From assembly GCA_964493715.1 (NCBI GenBank), contig CAZBPC010000015.1:1-39123 (forward strand): a stretch of 39,123 bases of DNA, read 5' to 3'. Positions 19,736 to 29,236 of this stretch are shown piece by piece. A program made the position numbers and the translations under genes. Position 1 is the first letter of the stretch. Each line of letters begins with the position of its first letter. The stretch is from an uncultured archaeon. Lineage in GTDB: Archaea; Asgardarchaeota; Lokiarchaeia; Sigyniarchaeales; SOKP01. Under the pieces are notes generated by a model. The model had not been told where the DNA came from, did no database searches, and saw only the letters and a list, made by a program, of their open reading frames with translations.

Positions 19736-20236
19736 ATGCCAAGTTTTAAAGAAACGTATGAAGCTATAAAAAAAGATTATAACGCTGGGGAGAAAAATTT
19801 TAACGTGGAATGTGATATGCTCCCCGAAGGAATGCAAGTAAAATGCTCGATGGATACAAAGCCTTTCGAGCTCATTATTGACGCCCCTGGGGGATTAGAT
19901 GGTACCAATCAAGGACCTTCTCCATTATTAGTAATTTTGGCTTCGATTGGAGGTTGCATTATTGCAGTCACTCGCTTTTGGGCAAAAATAATGGATATAG
20001 AAATTGAAGAAATGAAAGTCTTTTCTCGAGGGCATATTAACTTAGGTGCTATATTTGGACTTGATGATTCGAAATTAGCTGGTTATGATAAATTAGAACC
20101 CGTAATTAGAATCAAGGCAAAAGCTTCTGATGAAAAAATTAATGAATTAATGGATAAAGTTTTTTCTCATTGCCCTATTATTACAAATATGGGTGGGGCT
20201 TCTCCAATCACACCAAAAGTTCAAATAAAAAAATAA
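19736..20236 (+). CDS. OsmC/Ohr family protein
   Basis: D.P..L.G...GPSP...LASIGGC and HCPI two-cysteine signature. Confidence 0.88.
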   Translation: MPSFKETYEAIKKDYNAGEKNFNVECDMLPEGMQVKCSMDTKPFELIIDAPGGLDGTNQGPSPLLVILASIGGCIIAVTRFWAKIMDIEIEEMKVFSRGHINLGAIFGLDDSKLAGYDKLEPVIRIKAKASDEKINELMDKVFSHCPIITNMGGASPITPKVQIKK

Positions 20237-20288
20237 GATTTATCTTTTTTTATTTTCCATATTTTTTTTTAATTTATGTTTGGTTTCT

Positions 20289-20501
20289 ATGTTGAAAGTA
20301 AAAGAGAAGGAATGCCATTGGTATCCTATTTGTCCAATTAAACATTTTGTTGATAAAAAAAAGCTTGATCGCAAATGGATTGATGAATATTGCTTGGTTG
20401 GAAATAAAAAATGTGTTAGATACCAAATGGAAGAAAATGGTAAGCTTCATCCTGATAACATGCTTCCAAATGGAGAAATTATGGAAGATCTTTCTTATTA
20501 A
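20289..20501 (+). CDS. Small Cys-rich protein (likely metal binding)
   Basis: CHWYPICP...W.DEYC...CVRY..EE.G..HPDNMLPNG pattern; ATG 20289. Confidence 0.7.
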   Translation: MLKVKEKECHWYPICPIKHFVDKKKLDRKWIDEYCLVGNKKCVRYQMEENGKLHPDNMLPNGEIMEDLSY

Positions 20502-20542
20502 GATATTATTAACTTATTGAGTTGTGTAATTAATAAAATTGT

Positions 20543-21388
20543 CTATTTTAATGGATATTTCGGTTTCCTTTTTTGCATAAATGCTGCTGAACCTTCATTC
20601 ATGTCTTTAGAGCTAAAAGAAAGAACGATTGAGGTGTTTTCCAATTGTAGAATCGTTTCTAAGCTTGGTGAATCCATTGTTAAATTAATTGCATGTTTCG
20701 TCATTCTCAATCCTAAAGGACTTTTGGTCAAAAGTTCGTTTGCAATCTCTAAAGCTGAGGTCATCAAGTCATCTTTATTAACAATCTTTAACACGAGACC
20801 GATTTCTTCTGCTTCTTTGCTTCTCACTTCTCTTCCAGTATATAGTATTTCTGATGCTCGTGCCATACCAATCAATCGGGGTAAAAAGTAGCTTCCCCCT
20901 ACATCCGCACCAGTAAGACCTAAATTAATGGAACCGTTGATGAATTTGACGTCTTCAGTAGCTATTCGGATATCTGAAGCCATAGCAAAACCAAAACCGC
21001 CTCCAACAGCAGCACCATGTGCCATTGCAATGATAGGTTGGCTTATTTTTCGCATCTTCACATAAATCTGACTTATTCGCCATTGATGATACAACTTTTT
21101 CTTTAGAGGTTCAGGTGTATTTAAGAAGTAATAGTTTTCATATCCTTCCGGCACTTTCTTAACGTTCAAGTTCAATCCTTCTTGTAAATCCGTACCAGCA
21201 CAGAACGCTCTCCCATTTCCTCGCATGATAATGACTCGACAATCTAAATTGGTCATTAACGAATCAAAGAGAGAATGCAATTCCTCTTCCATTTGAAAAG
21301 AAATGGCATTTAATCTTTCGGGTCTATTTAAGGTTAAAATTCCAATTCCATTTTCTCTTAATTCAAATTCAATCGTCTGATAATCCAT
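20543..21388 (-). CDS. Enoyl-CoA hydratase/isomerase (crotonase) family protein
   Basis: TLNRPERLNA, FCAGTDL, PIIAMAHGAAVGGG, DIRIA. Confidence 0.93.
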   Translation of the reverse strand: MDYQTIEFELRENGIGILTLNRPERLNAISFQMEEELHSLFDSLMTNLDCRVIIMRGNGRAFCAGTDLQEGLNLNVKKVPEGYENYYFLNTPEPLKKKLYHQWRISQIYVKMRKISQPIIAMAHGAAVGGGFGFAMASDIRIATEDVKFINGSINLGLTGADVGGSYFLPRLIGMARASEILYTGREVRSKEAEEIGLVLKIVNKDDLMTSALEIANELLTKSPLGLRMTKHAINLTMDSPSLETILQLENTSIVLSFSSKDMNEGSAAFMQKRKPKYPLK

Positions 21389-21427
21389 ATTTTATCACAT
21401 ATTAGCTAATTAAATACTAAATAAATA

Positions 21428-22198
21428 TCATTTTATTAAGGCATTTTTGGCAATTAAAAATAATTTCTTTAGATGTTCCTCAGTTAAATGGAAGTGTAAT
21501 TCCCACTCCTCTTCTGAAAGGTAATCACTGATTGTCAATATAGCACCAGCTTCTACACCCAAATAGTGAGCAACTGCAAATAATGATGCCGCTTCCATTT
21601 CGACAGTTAATACTCCTTCTTTTTGATATTGTCTCACTTCTGAAGTAGTTTCTCTATAAGGAGCATCAATTGTCCAAGTTGATCCTTTAATATAATCATA
21701 ATTCAATTCTTTAATTGTGTTTATTAATTCATTAGTTAGAGATTCAGAAGGATATGCATATTTTTCAGTTGGTAGGTAATGATGCGAAACTCCCTCATCA
21801 CGTATTGCTTTGTCGCATATAATAATACTTCCTAATTTTAAATCTCTCTGCAGGGATCCAGCGACTCCAATTGAGATATACTTCTTTATGCCAAATGTTG
21901 TTAATTCCTCCAGTAATATGCCAACGATTGGACCTCCAATCCCAAATCCCCCACATATCCCAATTTGAAAATCTTCCCCGTCTAAAACATAAAAAAAATC
22001 TCCAACAACATGTTCTATCTTCTTTACATTATGGTTGTCAATTATAAAATTTAATAGCTTAGGAGAATAACATAGGATTACTCCAATTGGAGGCTTAATT
22101 TCAGGAATGTGACCAATCTTTCTCTTATAATCCCAAAAATCTTTAGCTTTTAGGAGTGGTTTTTCATCATGTTTATATGGAAAATTTGGGAATGGCAT
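21428..22198 (-). CDS. Nucleoside phosphorylase (PNP/UDP family)
   Basis: GIGGP, IGVAGSL, AIRDEGVSHHY, TWTIDAPYRET, VEMEAA. Confidence 0.92.
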   Translation of the reverse strand: MPFPNFPYKHDEKPLLKAKDFWDYKRKIGHIPEIKPPIGVILCYSPKLLNFIIDNHNVKKIEHVVGDFFYVLDGEDFQIGICGGFGIGGPIVGILLEELTTFGIKKYISIGVAGSLQRDLKLGSIIICDKAIRDEGVSHHYLPTEKYAYPSESLTNELINTIKELNYDYIKGSTWTIDAPYRETTSEVRQYQKEGVLTVEMEAASLFAVAHYLGVEAGAILTISDYLSEEEWELHFHLTEEHLKKLFLIAKNALIK

Positions 22199-22234
22199 GT
22201 AATTATACCTTCTTTTAAATTAATTTAATTAAAA

Positions 22235-23143
22235 TTAATTAAGTAATTTTATTTTTTTAGAACGCCGAATTGAGTGTGGAATATGATCTATTTCATTTCC
22301 TTTTATATTTAGATAAACTAAATTTTCAAATGTTGAAATCCATTCAGGAAGTTCAGTTATGAAATTATTACTGATATTGAGGTCTTGTAATGAATGCAAT
22401 TTAATGAGCTCATTAGGTATTATCTTAAAGTCATTCCAGCTTAAATCAAGGCTTTTAAGGTTTGTTAAATTCTTAAATTCTAAGGGAAGTTCATAGAAAT
22501 TATTACTACTAAAATTTAAAGTGTCTAACGATTTTAATTTCCCTATTGAATTGGGAATTCTAGGATAGGATGTGAGATTAACTTCAGTAATGTGTTTGTT
22601 TTCAATTACACACATGAGATTTTCTTGATAAATGTAATTTATTTGATCATCCATTTTAATTTGGGTGCTAGTAAGAAGTTGGATTCCAATATCTAAAAGA
22701 AATTGTACTTCCTCAATATTTATGTCGAAATAAGAAGCTATCCCTTCAATCCTTAAGTCTAACTCATTTCTCAATATCGAATATGGTATTGTATTTTTGG
22801 TAAGAATTGATTTGAAATGAGATAGGACTTGAGCCGAGTTTTCATTCATAATTGCCCATTTTAATGTATTTAACCCTTCTTGAATATATTGGGTAACTAT
22901 TATTTCACTAGATAATGTCCGAATTTCTGGAATCTCATCTGAAATTAAGCTATTTTCTAAAATCCTAAAAATCCGTTCATTATCATGGTTCATATTCCCG
23001 ATGATTCTCAAGCTATTAATTCTCAAATTGGGATTTTCGCTTTTTTCTAAAATCGTAATCAAAAAATTGAGAGCTTCCTCTTTAGTTATCTTTTTTTTTA
23101 AAAATGATTCTAAAACCTGATCAGGATTCAAGGTTTCATTCAT
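22235..23143 (-). CDS. HEAT-like N-terminus + leucine-rich repeat protein
   Basis: LENSLISDE helical repeat; C-terminal LxxLxxLxLxxN repeats (LKSLDLSWN, LQDLNISNN). Confidence 0.88.
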   Translation of the reverse strand: MNETLNPDQVLESFLKKKITKEEALNFLITILEKSENPNLRINSLRIIGNMNHDNERIFRILENSLISDEIPEIRTLSSEIIVTQYIQEGLNTLKWAIMNENSAQVLSHFKSILTKNTIPYSILRNELDLRIEGIASYFDINIEEVQFLLDIGIQLLTSTQIKMDDQINYIYQENLMCVIENKHITEVNLTSYPRIPNSIGKLKSLDTLNFSSNNFYELPLEFKNLTNLKSLDLSWNDFKIIPNELIKLHSLQDLNISNNFITELPEWISTFENLVYLNIKGNEIDHIPHSIRRSKKIKLLN

Positions 23144-23170
23144 CAGATTATTTTACTTCATTCTTTCGAT

Positions 23171-24025
23171 TTACATCAATGGATACTTAGGTTTTCTCTT
23201 ATCAAAAAAGGCTTGAATACCTTCCGTGATATCCGAGGAGGTAGAACAGAGCATTTGAGTAATATTTTCGATCTGTGCAATAGTATCTAAACTAGGAGAA
23301 TCCATGGTTGCATTGATAGCTTGTTTAGTCATGCGCAATCCTAAGGGACTTTTTTCTAAAAAACTCTCCGCTATTTTTAATGCTTCAACAAGGAGTTCAC
23401 TTTCACTACATACTGTAGAGACGATACCGAATTGTTTAGATTCATTTGCATCGATAAATCGTCCAGTGTACAAGATTTCTGCAGCTCTTGACATTCCAAT
23501 CAGACGAGGGAGAAAATAACTGACTCCCAAGTCCGCACCTGAAAACCCTACTTTAATGAAAGCATTATTTAATCTAGCATTTTCACTTGCTATTCGAACA
23601 TCTGAGGCTAACGCTAAAGCAAAACCTGCTCCTGAAGCAGCTCCATTAATAAGAGCAATAATGGGTTGTGAAATTTTACGCATTTTTATAATTATTTGAC
23701 TAGTATACATTTGAGCATAAATTTTCGCCTTTATGATATCTTTTTCTGGTGCATTCATGAAGAAGAATTTCTCTTTCAATTCAGGCGGCTTTTTTTTTGA
23801 TTGTAGAACTGTTGATTCCTTTAGATCTAATCCCGCACAAAAAGCTTTTCCATTTGCCTTTAAAATAACAACCCTGCAGTCTAAATTTGTCATTAGATGA
23901 TCTAATAAGAAATGAAGATCTTTTATCATTTGAAATGAGAGCGCATTTAGTCTTTCAGGTCTATTTAAAGTAACAATACCAATTCCTCTTTCATCTAATT
24001 CAAATTCAATAGTTTCAAAATCCAT
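23171..24025 (-). CDS. Enoyl-CoA hydratase/isomerase family protein, paralog of 20543..21388
   Basis: TLNRPERLNA, FCAGLDL, KMRKISQPIIA, KSPLGLRMTK shared with the paralog. Confidence 0.93.
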   Translation of the reverse strand: MDFETIEFELDERGIGIVTLNRPERLNALSFQMIKDLHFLLDHLMTNLDCRVVILKANGKAFCAGLDLKESTVLQSKKKPPELKEKFFFMNAPEKDIIKAKIYAQMYTSQIIIKMRKISQPIIALINGAASGAGFALALASDVRIASENARLNNAFIKVGFSGADLGVSYFLPRLIGMSRAAEILYTGRFIDANESKQFGIVSTVCSESELLVEALKIAESFLEKSPLGLRMTKQAINATMDSPSLDTIAQIENITQMLCSTSSDITEGIQAFFDKRKPKYPLM

Positions 24026-24163
24026 GAATATTTCTCTTCTTAAAGTTAGTAGTAGTTATTTAATAATTTAGAATCTAGAATTACTAATTTAATTTTAGGT
24101 GGAAAACTTAATTACTATTTATTCTTTACTTAATAACTAATTATCATTTGAAGTGAATTCTGA

Positions 24164-26563
24164 ATGATCGTTGATTCTGAAAGAAGGAGAACATTATCAT
24201 TAAAAGAAGAATTACTTTCTAGTAGATATGAACTATGCGTAGAACGGATTCGATATTATACTCAAGCATATAAAACTTATGATAAAGAACCAGAAATAAT
24301 AAAGAGAGCATTAGCTCTAGCTCATACTCTTAAGTACATGACCATTTTTATCAGAGATGATGAATTATTGGTTGGAAATGAGACAAGTAAAAATCTTGGG
24401 GAAAAAATCAATTTAGATCTTCTTAGATATGAAAATAATTTTAATAAGAAAAGCACCTATAAGAAATTTGAGAAAAGAAAGTTGCAACCCTTCCATATTA
24501 ATGAGGAAGAGGTTGAAGAATTGTTAGAATTAGCTCCTTTTTGGGAAGGAAAAGCATTAATCGCAGATAAAATCAATACTCGATTGGTAAATGAAGGATT
24601 TATTGCATCTGAAGGCACTATCGCATCTCTTGCACCAAATATAAGTATTCATATAGGCACAACTGAAGGTCATATTTCTGCAGGTTATGGAAAATTATTA
24701 AAATTAGGATATGGAGGAATTTTAAAAGAAGCTCAAGATTACCAATCAAAGTTAGATAAAAGCATGGAAGATTATAAGAAGAAGTTTGACTTTTATGAAG
24801 CTGTTAAGATATATTATGAAGCAGCTATTGAATTTTCTAAAAGATTTGCTTTACTTGCCATTGAAAAATCTAAAACCACTCATAGTGATTCAAGAAAACA
24901 AGAGTTGATACATATTTCTAAGATGTTGTATAATATTTGTGAAGCACCGCCAAGTTCCTTCTATGAAGCAGTACAATTGATTTGGTTTTCACAAAATATT
25001 GCTAACATAATTTATCAAAGAAGTGTGGTAGCCTTAGGGAGATTGGATCAAATTTTATGGTCATTCTATGAAAAAGATCTTATTTCTGGGAAAATAAATA
25101 GAGATTTTGCCTTAGATCTCATAGAAGAATTGAATTTAAAACTTACTTGGAACGTAACCTTATTGCCAACTGATTTTACAATGGTAGCAAATGCGATTGG
25201 TCAAAATACACAAACCATTACAATTTCTGGAATGGATAAAAGTGGGAATGATGTCACTAATGACTTGTCTTATCTGTTTTTAGAAGCATATAAGAATATT
25301 AAGGCATTTACTACTGATTTATCAATAAGGATTCATTCGAAAACACCAAATCAATTTTTAATGGAGGCAATGCGGGTTTTTCGATCAACATCTGGAATAG
25401 CTTTTTATAATGATGATGTAATCATACCCAGCTTGATTAAAACGGGATATTCTCCTGAAGATGCAAGAGATTATGTGATTATTGGATGTGTTGAGCCAAC
25501 AGGTCAAGGAAATTCTTTTGCAGCAACGGGAAGAGTATTTATAAATTTACCCGGTATATTAGAATTGGTTCTTACTAATGGTTATTGCAATTTAACTAAA
25601 AGAATAGGGGGACTTCAAACTGGTGAACTAAAGAATTTTTCTACCTTTGAAGAATTTTATGATGCCTTTTATCGTCAACTTCAATATAATATCAAAATAT
25701 TAGTAGATATTGCCAAGATTGGGGACGAGGAAGCAATGAAATATTTCCATCATCCCTTTATTTCAGCTATAATAGATGGATGCATGGAAAACGGAAAAGA
25801 TCATGTTTGTGGAGGAGCAAAATATAATTTTTCATCAATAACAGCTTATGGATTTGCCACTTTAGTCGATTCATTATTTAATATTAAAAAACTTGTATAT
25901 GAGCAGAATTTAATTGATATAGATGAATTAGCGATAATTTTATCTAATAATTTCAAGGATGAAGAGTTACTTCATCATAAATTAATCAATAAACTTCAGA
26001 AATGGGGAAATGATGAAGGAGAAATTGATGAGTTTGCTGTTAAAGTGTGGGATTTATTTACTTCAGAAGTCTCAAAATATTCTCCAATAAGGGGAGGGCA
26101 TTATAATGCTGGTGCTTATTCAATGGGGATCCATGTCATGGAAGGTCTTTTCACCCAAGCAACTGCTGACGGAAGAAAAGCATTAGAACCTTTATCAAAT
26201 AGCCTTTCACCCGTGAATCATGCTGTGAAAAACGGGATTACTGCAATTTTAAATTCTATCGCAAAATTGAATTATGATAAAGCTACTAATGGAGTCGCCG
26301 TAAACGTAAGAATTCACCCCCAAAATCTTAACTCAGAGGAAAATATGGAGAAATTATGTGCTTTATTGAAAGGATATTTCAAGGCTGGTGGAATGCAATT
26401 ACAACCAAACGTCGTATCATCAGAAACATTAAGGGATGCTCAAGTACATCCAGATAACTATAAGGATTTAATTGTAAAGGTCGGAGGTTATAATGCAACA
26501 TTTGTTGATTTGGGTTCATTAATTCAAAACGATATCATTGATAGATTTGAACACTCTCTTTAA
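24164..26563 (+). CDS. Glycyl radical enzyme (PFL2/dehydratase-like), substrate unknown
   Basis: GRLDQ, GCVEP Cys loop (Cys442), DGRK..PLS, C-terminal LIVKVGGY (Gly775). Confidence 0.92.
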   Translation: MIVDSERRRTLSLKEELLSSRYELCVERIRYYTQAYKTYDKEPEIIKRALALAHTLKYMTIFIRDDELLVGNETSKNLGEKINLDLLRYENNFNKKSTYKKFEKRKLQPFHINEEEVEELLELAPFWEGKALIADKINTRLVNEGFIASEGTIASLAPNISIHIGTTEGHISAGYGKLLKLGYGGILKEAQDYQSKLDKSMEDYKKKFDFYEAVKIYYEAAIEFSKRFALLAIEKSKTTHSDSRKQELIHISKMLYNICEAPPSSFYEAVQLIWFSQNIANIIYQRSVVALGRLDQILWSFYEKDLISGKINRDFALDLIEELNLKLTWNVTLLPTDFTMVANAIGQNTQTITISGMDKSGNDVTNDLSYLFLEAYKNIKAFTTDLSIRIHSKTPNQFLMEAMRVFRSTSGIAFYNDDVIIPSLIKTGYSPEDARDYVIIGCVEPTGQGNSFAATGRVFINLPGILELVLTNGYCNLTKRIGGLQTGELKNFSTFEEFYDAFYRQLQYNIKILVDIAKIGDEEAMKYFHHPFISAIIDGCMENGKDHVCGGAKYNFSSITAYGFATLVDSLFNIKKLVYEQNLIDIDELAIILSNNFKDEELLHHKLINKLQKWGNDEGEIDEFAVKVWDLFTSEVSKYSPIRGGHYNAGAYSMGIHVMEGLFTQATADGRKALEPLSNSLSPVNHAVKNGITAILNSIAKLNYDKATNGVAVNVRIHPQNLNSEENMEKLCALLKGYFKAGGMQLQPNVVSSETLRDAQVHPDNYKDLIVKVGGYNATFVDLGSLIQNDIIDRFEHSL

Positions 26564-26635
26564 TTTTAAATAATCAGAAAAAATCATAAATAAAATAAAT
26601 TTTAAACTCACATAATTAATGGTGGCATCATAAAA

Positions 26636-27163
26636 GTGCGACAAATTGCTCTGAAACTCTTGATTTTAGGGGACGGAGGTTGCGGTAAGACAACTCTCCT
26701 TCATCGTTACATCAAAAGAGAATTTATCGACACTACAACCATGACCATTGGAGTAGAATTTTTTACCAAACAAATAATATTGCATTCCAATAATGTATCA
26801 ATGATATTATGGGATATTACAGGTCAAGAACGTTTCAGACACATGGTTCCAAGCTACATGAGAGGTGCCAGTGGAGCTTTACTCCTTTTCGACGTGACTA
26901 ACATGGTTAGTTTCGTGAATATAGGGAAATGGATGAATATTGTCAATAAATTTTATGATAATTTACCTGTTGTTTTAATTGCAGCAAAATGTGATTTAGA
27001 AGAATTTTCGATAGTTAGTGATATTTACGCCAAGAAAACGAAAGAAAAATTTAACATGTCTGATTTCATAAAAACTTCCTCTAAAACAGGTCAAAATATT
27101 GATTTAGCTTTTGAGACCTTAGCTCACCTTGCAATTAAGGCTAAAAATTTAATTTCAAAATAA
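26636..27163 (+). CDS. Rab-like small GTPase (Ras superfamily)
   Basis: G1 GDGGCGKT, TIGVEF, WDITGQERF, YMRGA, LLFDVT, G4 AKCD, G5 TSSK; no C-terminal Cys. Confidence 0.93.
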   Translation: MRQIALKLLILGDGGCGKTTLLHRYIKREFIDTTTMTIGVEFFTKQIILHSNNVSMILWDITGQERFRHMVPSYMRGASGALLLFDVTNMVSFVNIGKWMNIVNKFYDNLPVVLIAAKCDLEEFSIVSDIYAKKTKEKFNMSDFIKTSSKTGQNIDLAFETLAHLAIKAKNLISK

Positions 27164-27209
27164 AATAAAGTTCTGGTTATAGTTGTTCCGGTTATTTCCA
27201 GTATTTTTT

Positions 27210-27274
27210 TGGATAATTATTCATAATCTTTAAATATGCAAATTACCATTTATATAATAGTGAATATTTATTCA
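27210..27274. promoter_or_regulatory. Two candidate operators flanking the TATA-like box of the DUF5320 gene
   Basis: TGGATAATTATTCA (27210-27223), TTTATATA (27249-27256), TGAATATTTATTCA (27261-27274). Confidence 0.55.
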
Positions 27275-27306
27275 TAATAATTTAAAAAAAAGGTGACTTT
27301 ATTAAA

Positions 27307-27687
27307 ATGCCAAGTGGAGATCGAACAGGACCAAGAGGTCAAGGCCCAATGACTGGGAGAGCTTTAGGATATTGTGCGGGATATGATAGTCCCGGTTTTA
27401 CTGCCGATCAAGGTTATGGGTACGGTAGAGGTTATGGAAGGTTTGGTGGTGGACGAGGAAGAGGACGAGGTCGGGGTTATGGAATGGGAAGGTATAGAGA
27501 TCCTTATTACACTCCTTATAGTCCTGTAGGAAGTTATTACCCTCCAAGAACTCCCGTTACCACCCCAGTTGATCAAATAACGATGCTCAAACAAGAGAAA
27601 ACGTATTTAGAATCTGAACTCAAGGGGATCGGTAGTGCTTTAGAAGATATTTCAAAGAGAATAGAAGAATTAGAGAAAAAAGAATAA
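27307..27687 (+). CDS. DUF5320 family protein (Gly/Arg-rich, C-terminal coiled coil)
   Basis: MPSGDRTGPRGQGPMTGRALGYC, RG repeats, LKQEK..LE.EL..I coiled coil; AGGTGA upstream. Confidence 0.88.
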   Translation: MPSGDRTGPRGQGPMTGRALGYCAGYDSPGFTADQGYGYGRGYGRFGGGRGRGRGRGYGMGRYRDPYYTPYSPVGSYYPPRTPVTTPVDQITMLKQEKTYLESELKGIGSALEDISKRIEELEKKE

Positions 27688-27780
27688 TTTTTTTTTCATT
27701 TTTTTATTAATTTGTTTCTATAATTACTTTGCAGCTTCTTTGCAGATCTGAAAAAAATAAAAAAAAATAAGTTAAAATAT

Positions 27781-29097
27781 TTATAATTCTTGGATTGCTT
27801 TTTGTCTTTCAAGTTTTTCTGCTTCAGTAAGTTCGATTTCGCCTCTTTTAACAAGGAATACAAAAATTAATGCGAAAATGAAGAAGAATGAACTTACCAA
27901 AAATAGTGTTTCATTACCAAGTGCATCGATGATTAGACCTATTAGAAACGGACCGAAAATTGCTGCCATAAAACTAAAGAAATAATAAAGCCCGGTATAT
28001 GTTCCAATTTTCTTTACTGTGGGGGCCATTTCCCACACAATCACAATTGAGTTGATGTTTATAAAAGCCCACCCAGCTCCAGCAATAACGAAAAATATTG
28101 AGATCACAGTTGTATTTTGAATTAAAAACATGATTATCAAAGATATTATCCACAAGACGAGCCCGATTTTAATGGTTAATTTTCTACCGATTTTAGTACC
28201 CAATATACCTGCTGGAAACGCAAATAAAAGAAAAGAGAGTGCTACATAGAGCAACATTCCTCCTGCTCCACTTCGTGTTAAACCTAAAACATCCACTCCA
28301 TAAACTGTAAATAATGCCTCGAGTGCTTGGTATCCGACGAACCAAAAGAAAATAGCAAACAAGATAAACAAAGTACTTTTATCTTTTTCACTAAATACGT
28401 CTTTAAAGCTTTCTACAATACTCATTTTTTCCTTTTTGGTTTTCATTTTTTCTCCTGACTTTTCTTCTGTTTCGACGATTAATTTGTATGTGAAAGAATC
28501 CTTTTCTTTTACCGTAAATATTAAGATAACTAATGATAGGACCATTATAATAGCTACAACTAAAAATGCTAAAAATAAGCTTATAGGAACTAGCACCAGG
28601 TTAAAAACGTATGCTATTACAGCACCGATACCCCCCATAAAATTAATTACAGCATTTCCTTTACTTCTATTGACCGGTTTTACAAAATCTGGCATGAGAG
28701 CCACTGCCTGTGATCTATATGAGGCCATACTAATGTTAAAGAAAAACATCCATAAAAGTAATATCCACATGGGCTGTGGATAACTTACTATCGATATTAA
28801 AACAAAAAAGACCGCAGCTAATGGTATTCCAACCATAAGATAGGGTATCCTTCGACCGAATTTTGTACGAGTATTATCCGAGATCGAGCCCATTATCGGT
28901 TGAATAATAACCCCTATAACATTATCCATTGCCATCCACGCACCAACAAGCGCATATGCACCTAAATATTGAAAAAGAGTAATATTGACTTGAGTGTTAT
29001 ACATTGACCAAGATATACCCGTTGTAAAGAAAGCTAAACCGATAAAAAATGTATGTCTAATATCTAATTTTTCCTTTTTTTCTGACAATTTTTTCAC
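27781..29097 (-). CDS. MFS transporter (SLC45/maltose-permease-like)
   Basis: QPIMGSISDNTRTKFGRRIPY, ALMPD, GTYTGLYY; about 12 TM segments. Confidence 0.92.
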   Translation of the reverse strand: MKKLSEKKEKLDIRHTFFIGLAFFTTGISWSMYNTQVNITLFQYLGAYALVGAWMAMDNVIGVIIQPIMGSISDNTRTKFGRRIPYLMVGIPLAAVFFVLISIVSYPQPMWILLLWMFFFNISMASYRSQAVALMPDFVKPVNRSKGNAVINFMGGIGAVIAYVFNLVLVPISLFLAFLVVAIIMVLSLVILIFTVKEKDSFTYKLIVETEEKSGEKMKTKKEKMSIVESFKDVFSEKDKSTLFILFAIFFWFVGYQALEALFTVYGVDVLGLTRSGAGGMLLYVALSFLLFAFPAGILGTKIGRKLTIKIGLVLWIISLIIMFLIQNTTVISIFFVIAGAGWAFININSIVIVWEMAPTVKKIGTYTGLYYFFSFMAAIFGPFLIGLIIDALGNETLFLVSSFFFIFALIFVFLVKRGEIELTEAEKLERQKAIQEL

Positions 29098-29236
29098 GTA
29101 TTTTTTTAAAATAGATTTTAATAATAATATACTGTAATTCTCTTTTACTATATAAGATTCTTTTTTTTCTATTTTTATTAAAAGGATTTAATTTCTTTCC
29201 TAATTTTTTCTAAACACAATAAGAAAAAAAAATAAA

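Noticed and set aside
24164-26563. Pyruvate formate-lyase (pflB) call
   Set aside because: Lacks the adjacent Cys-Cys pair of true PFL.
27170-27195. GTTCTGGTTAT / GTTCCGGTTAT direct repeat
   Set aside because: Only two 11-bp copies; not an array and could be chance.
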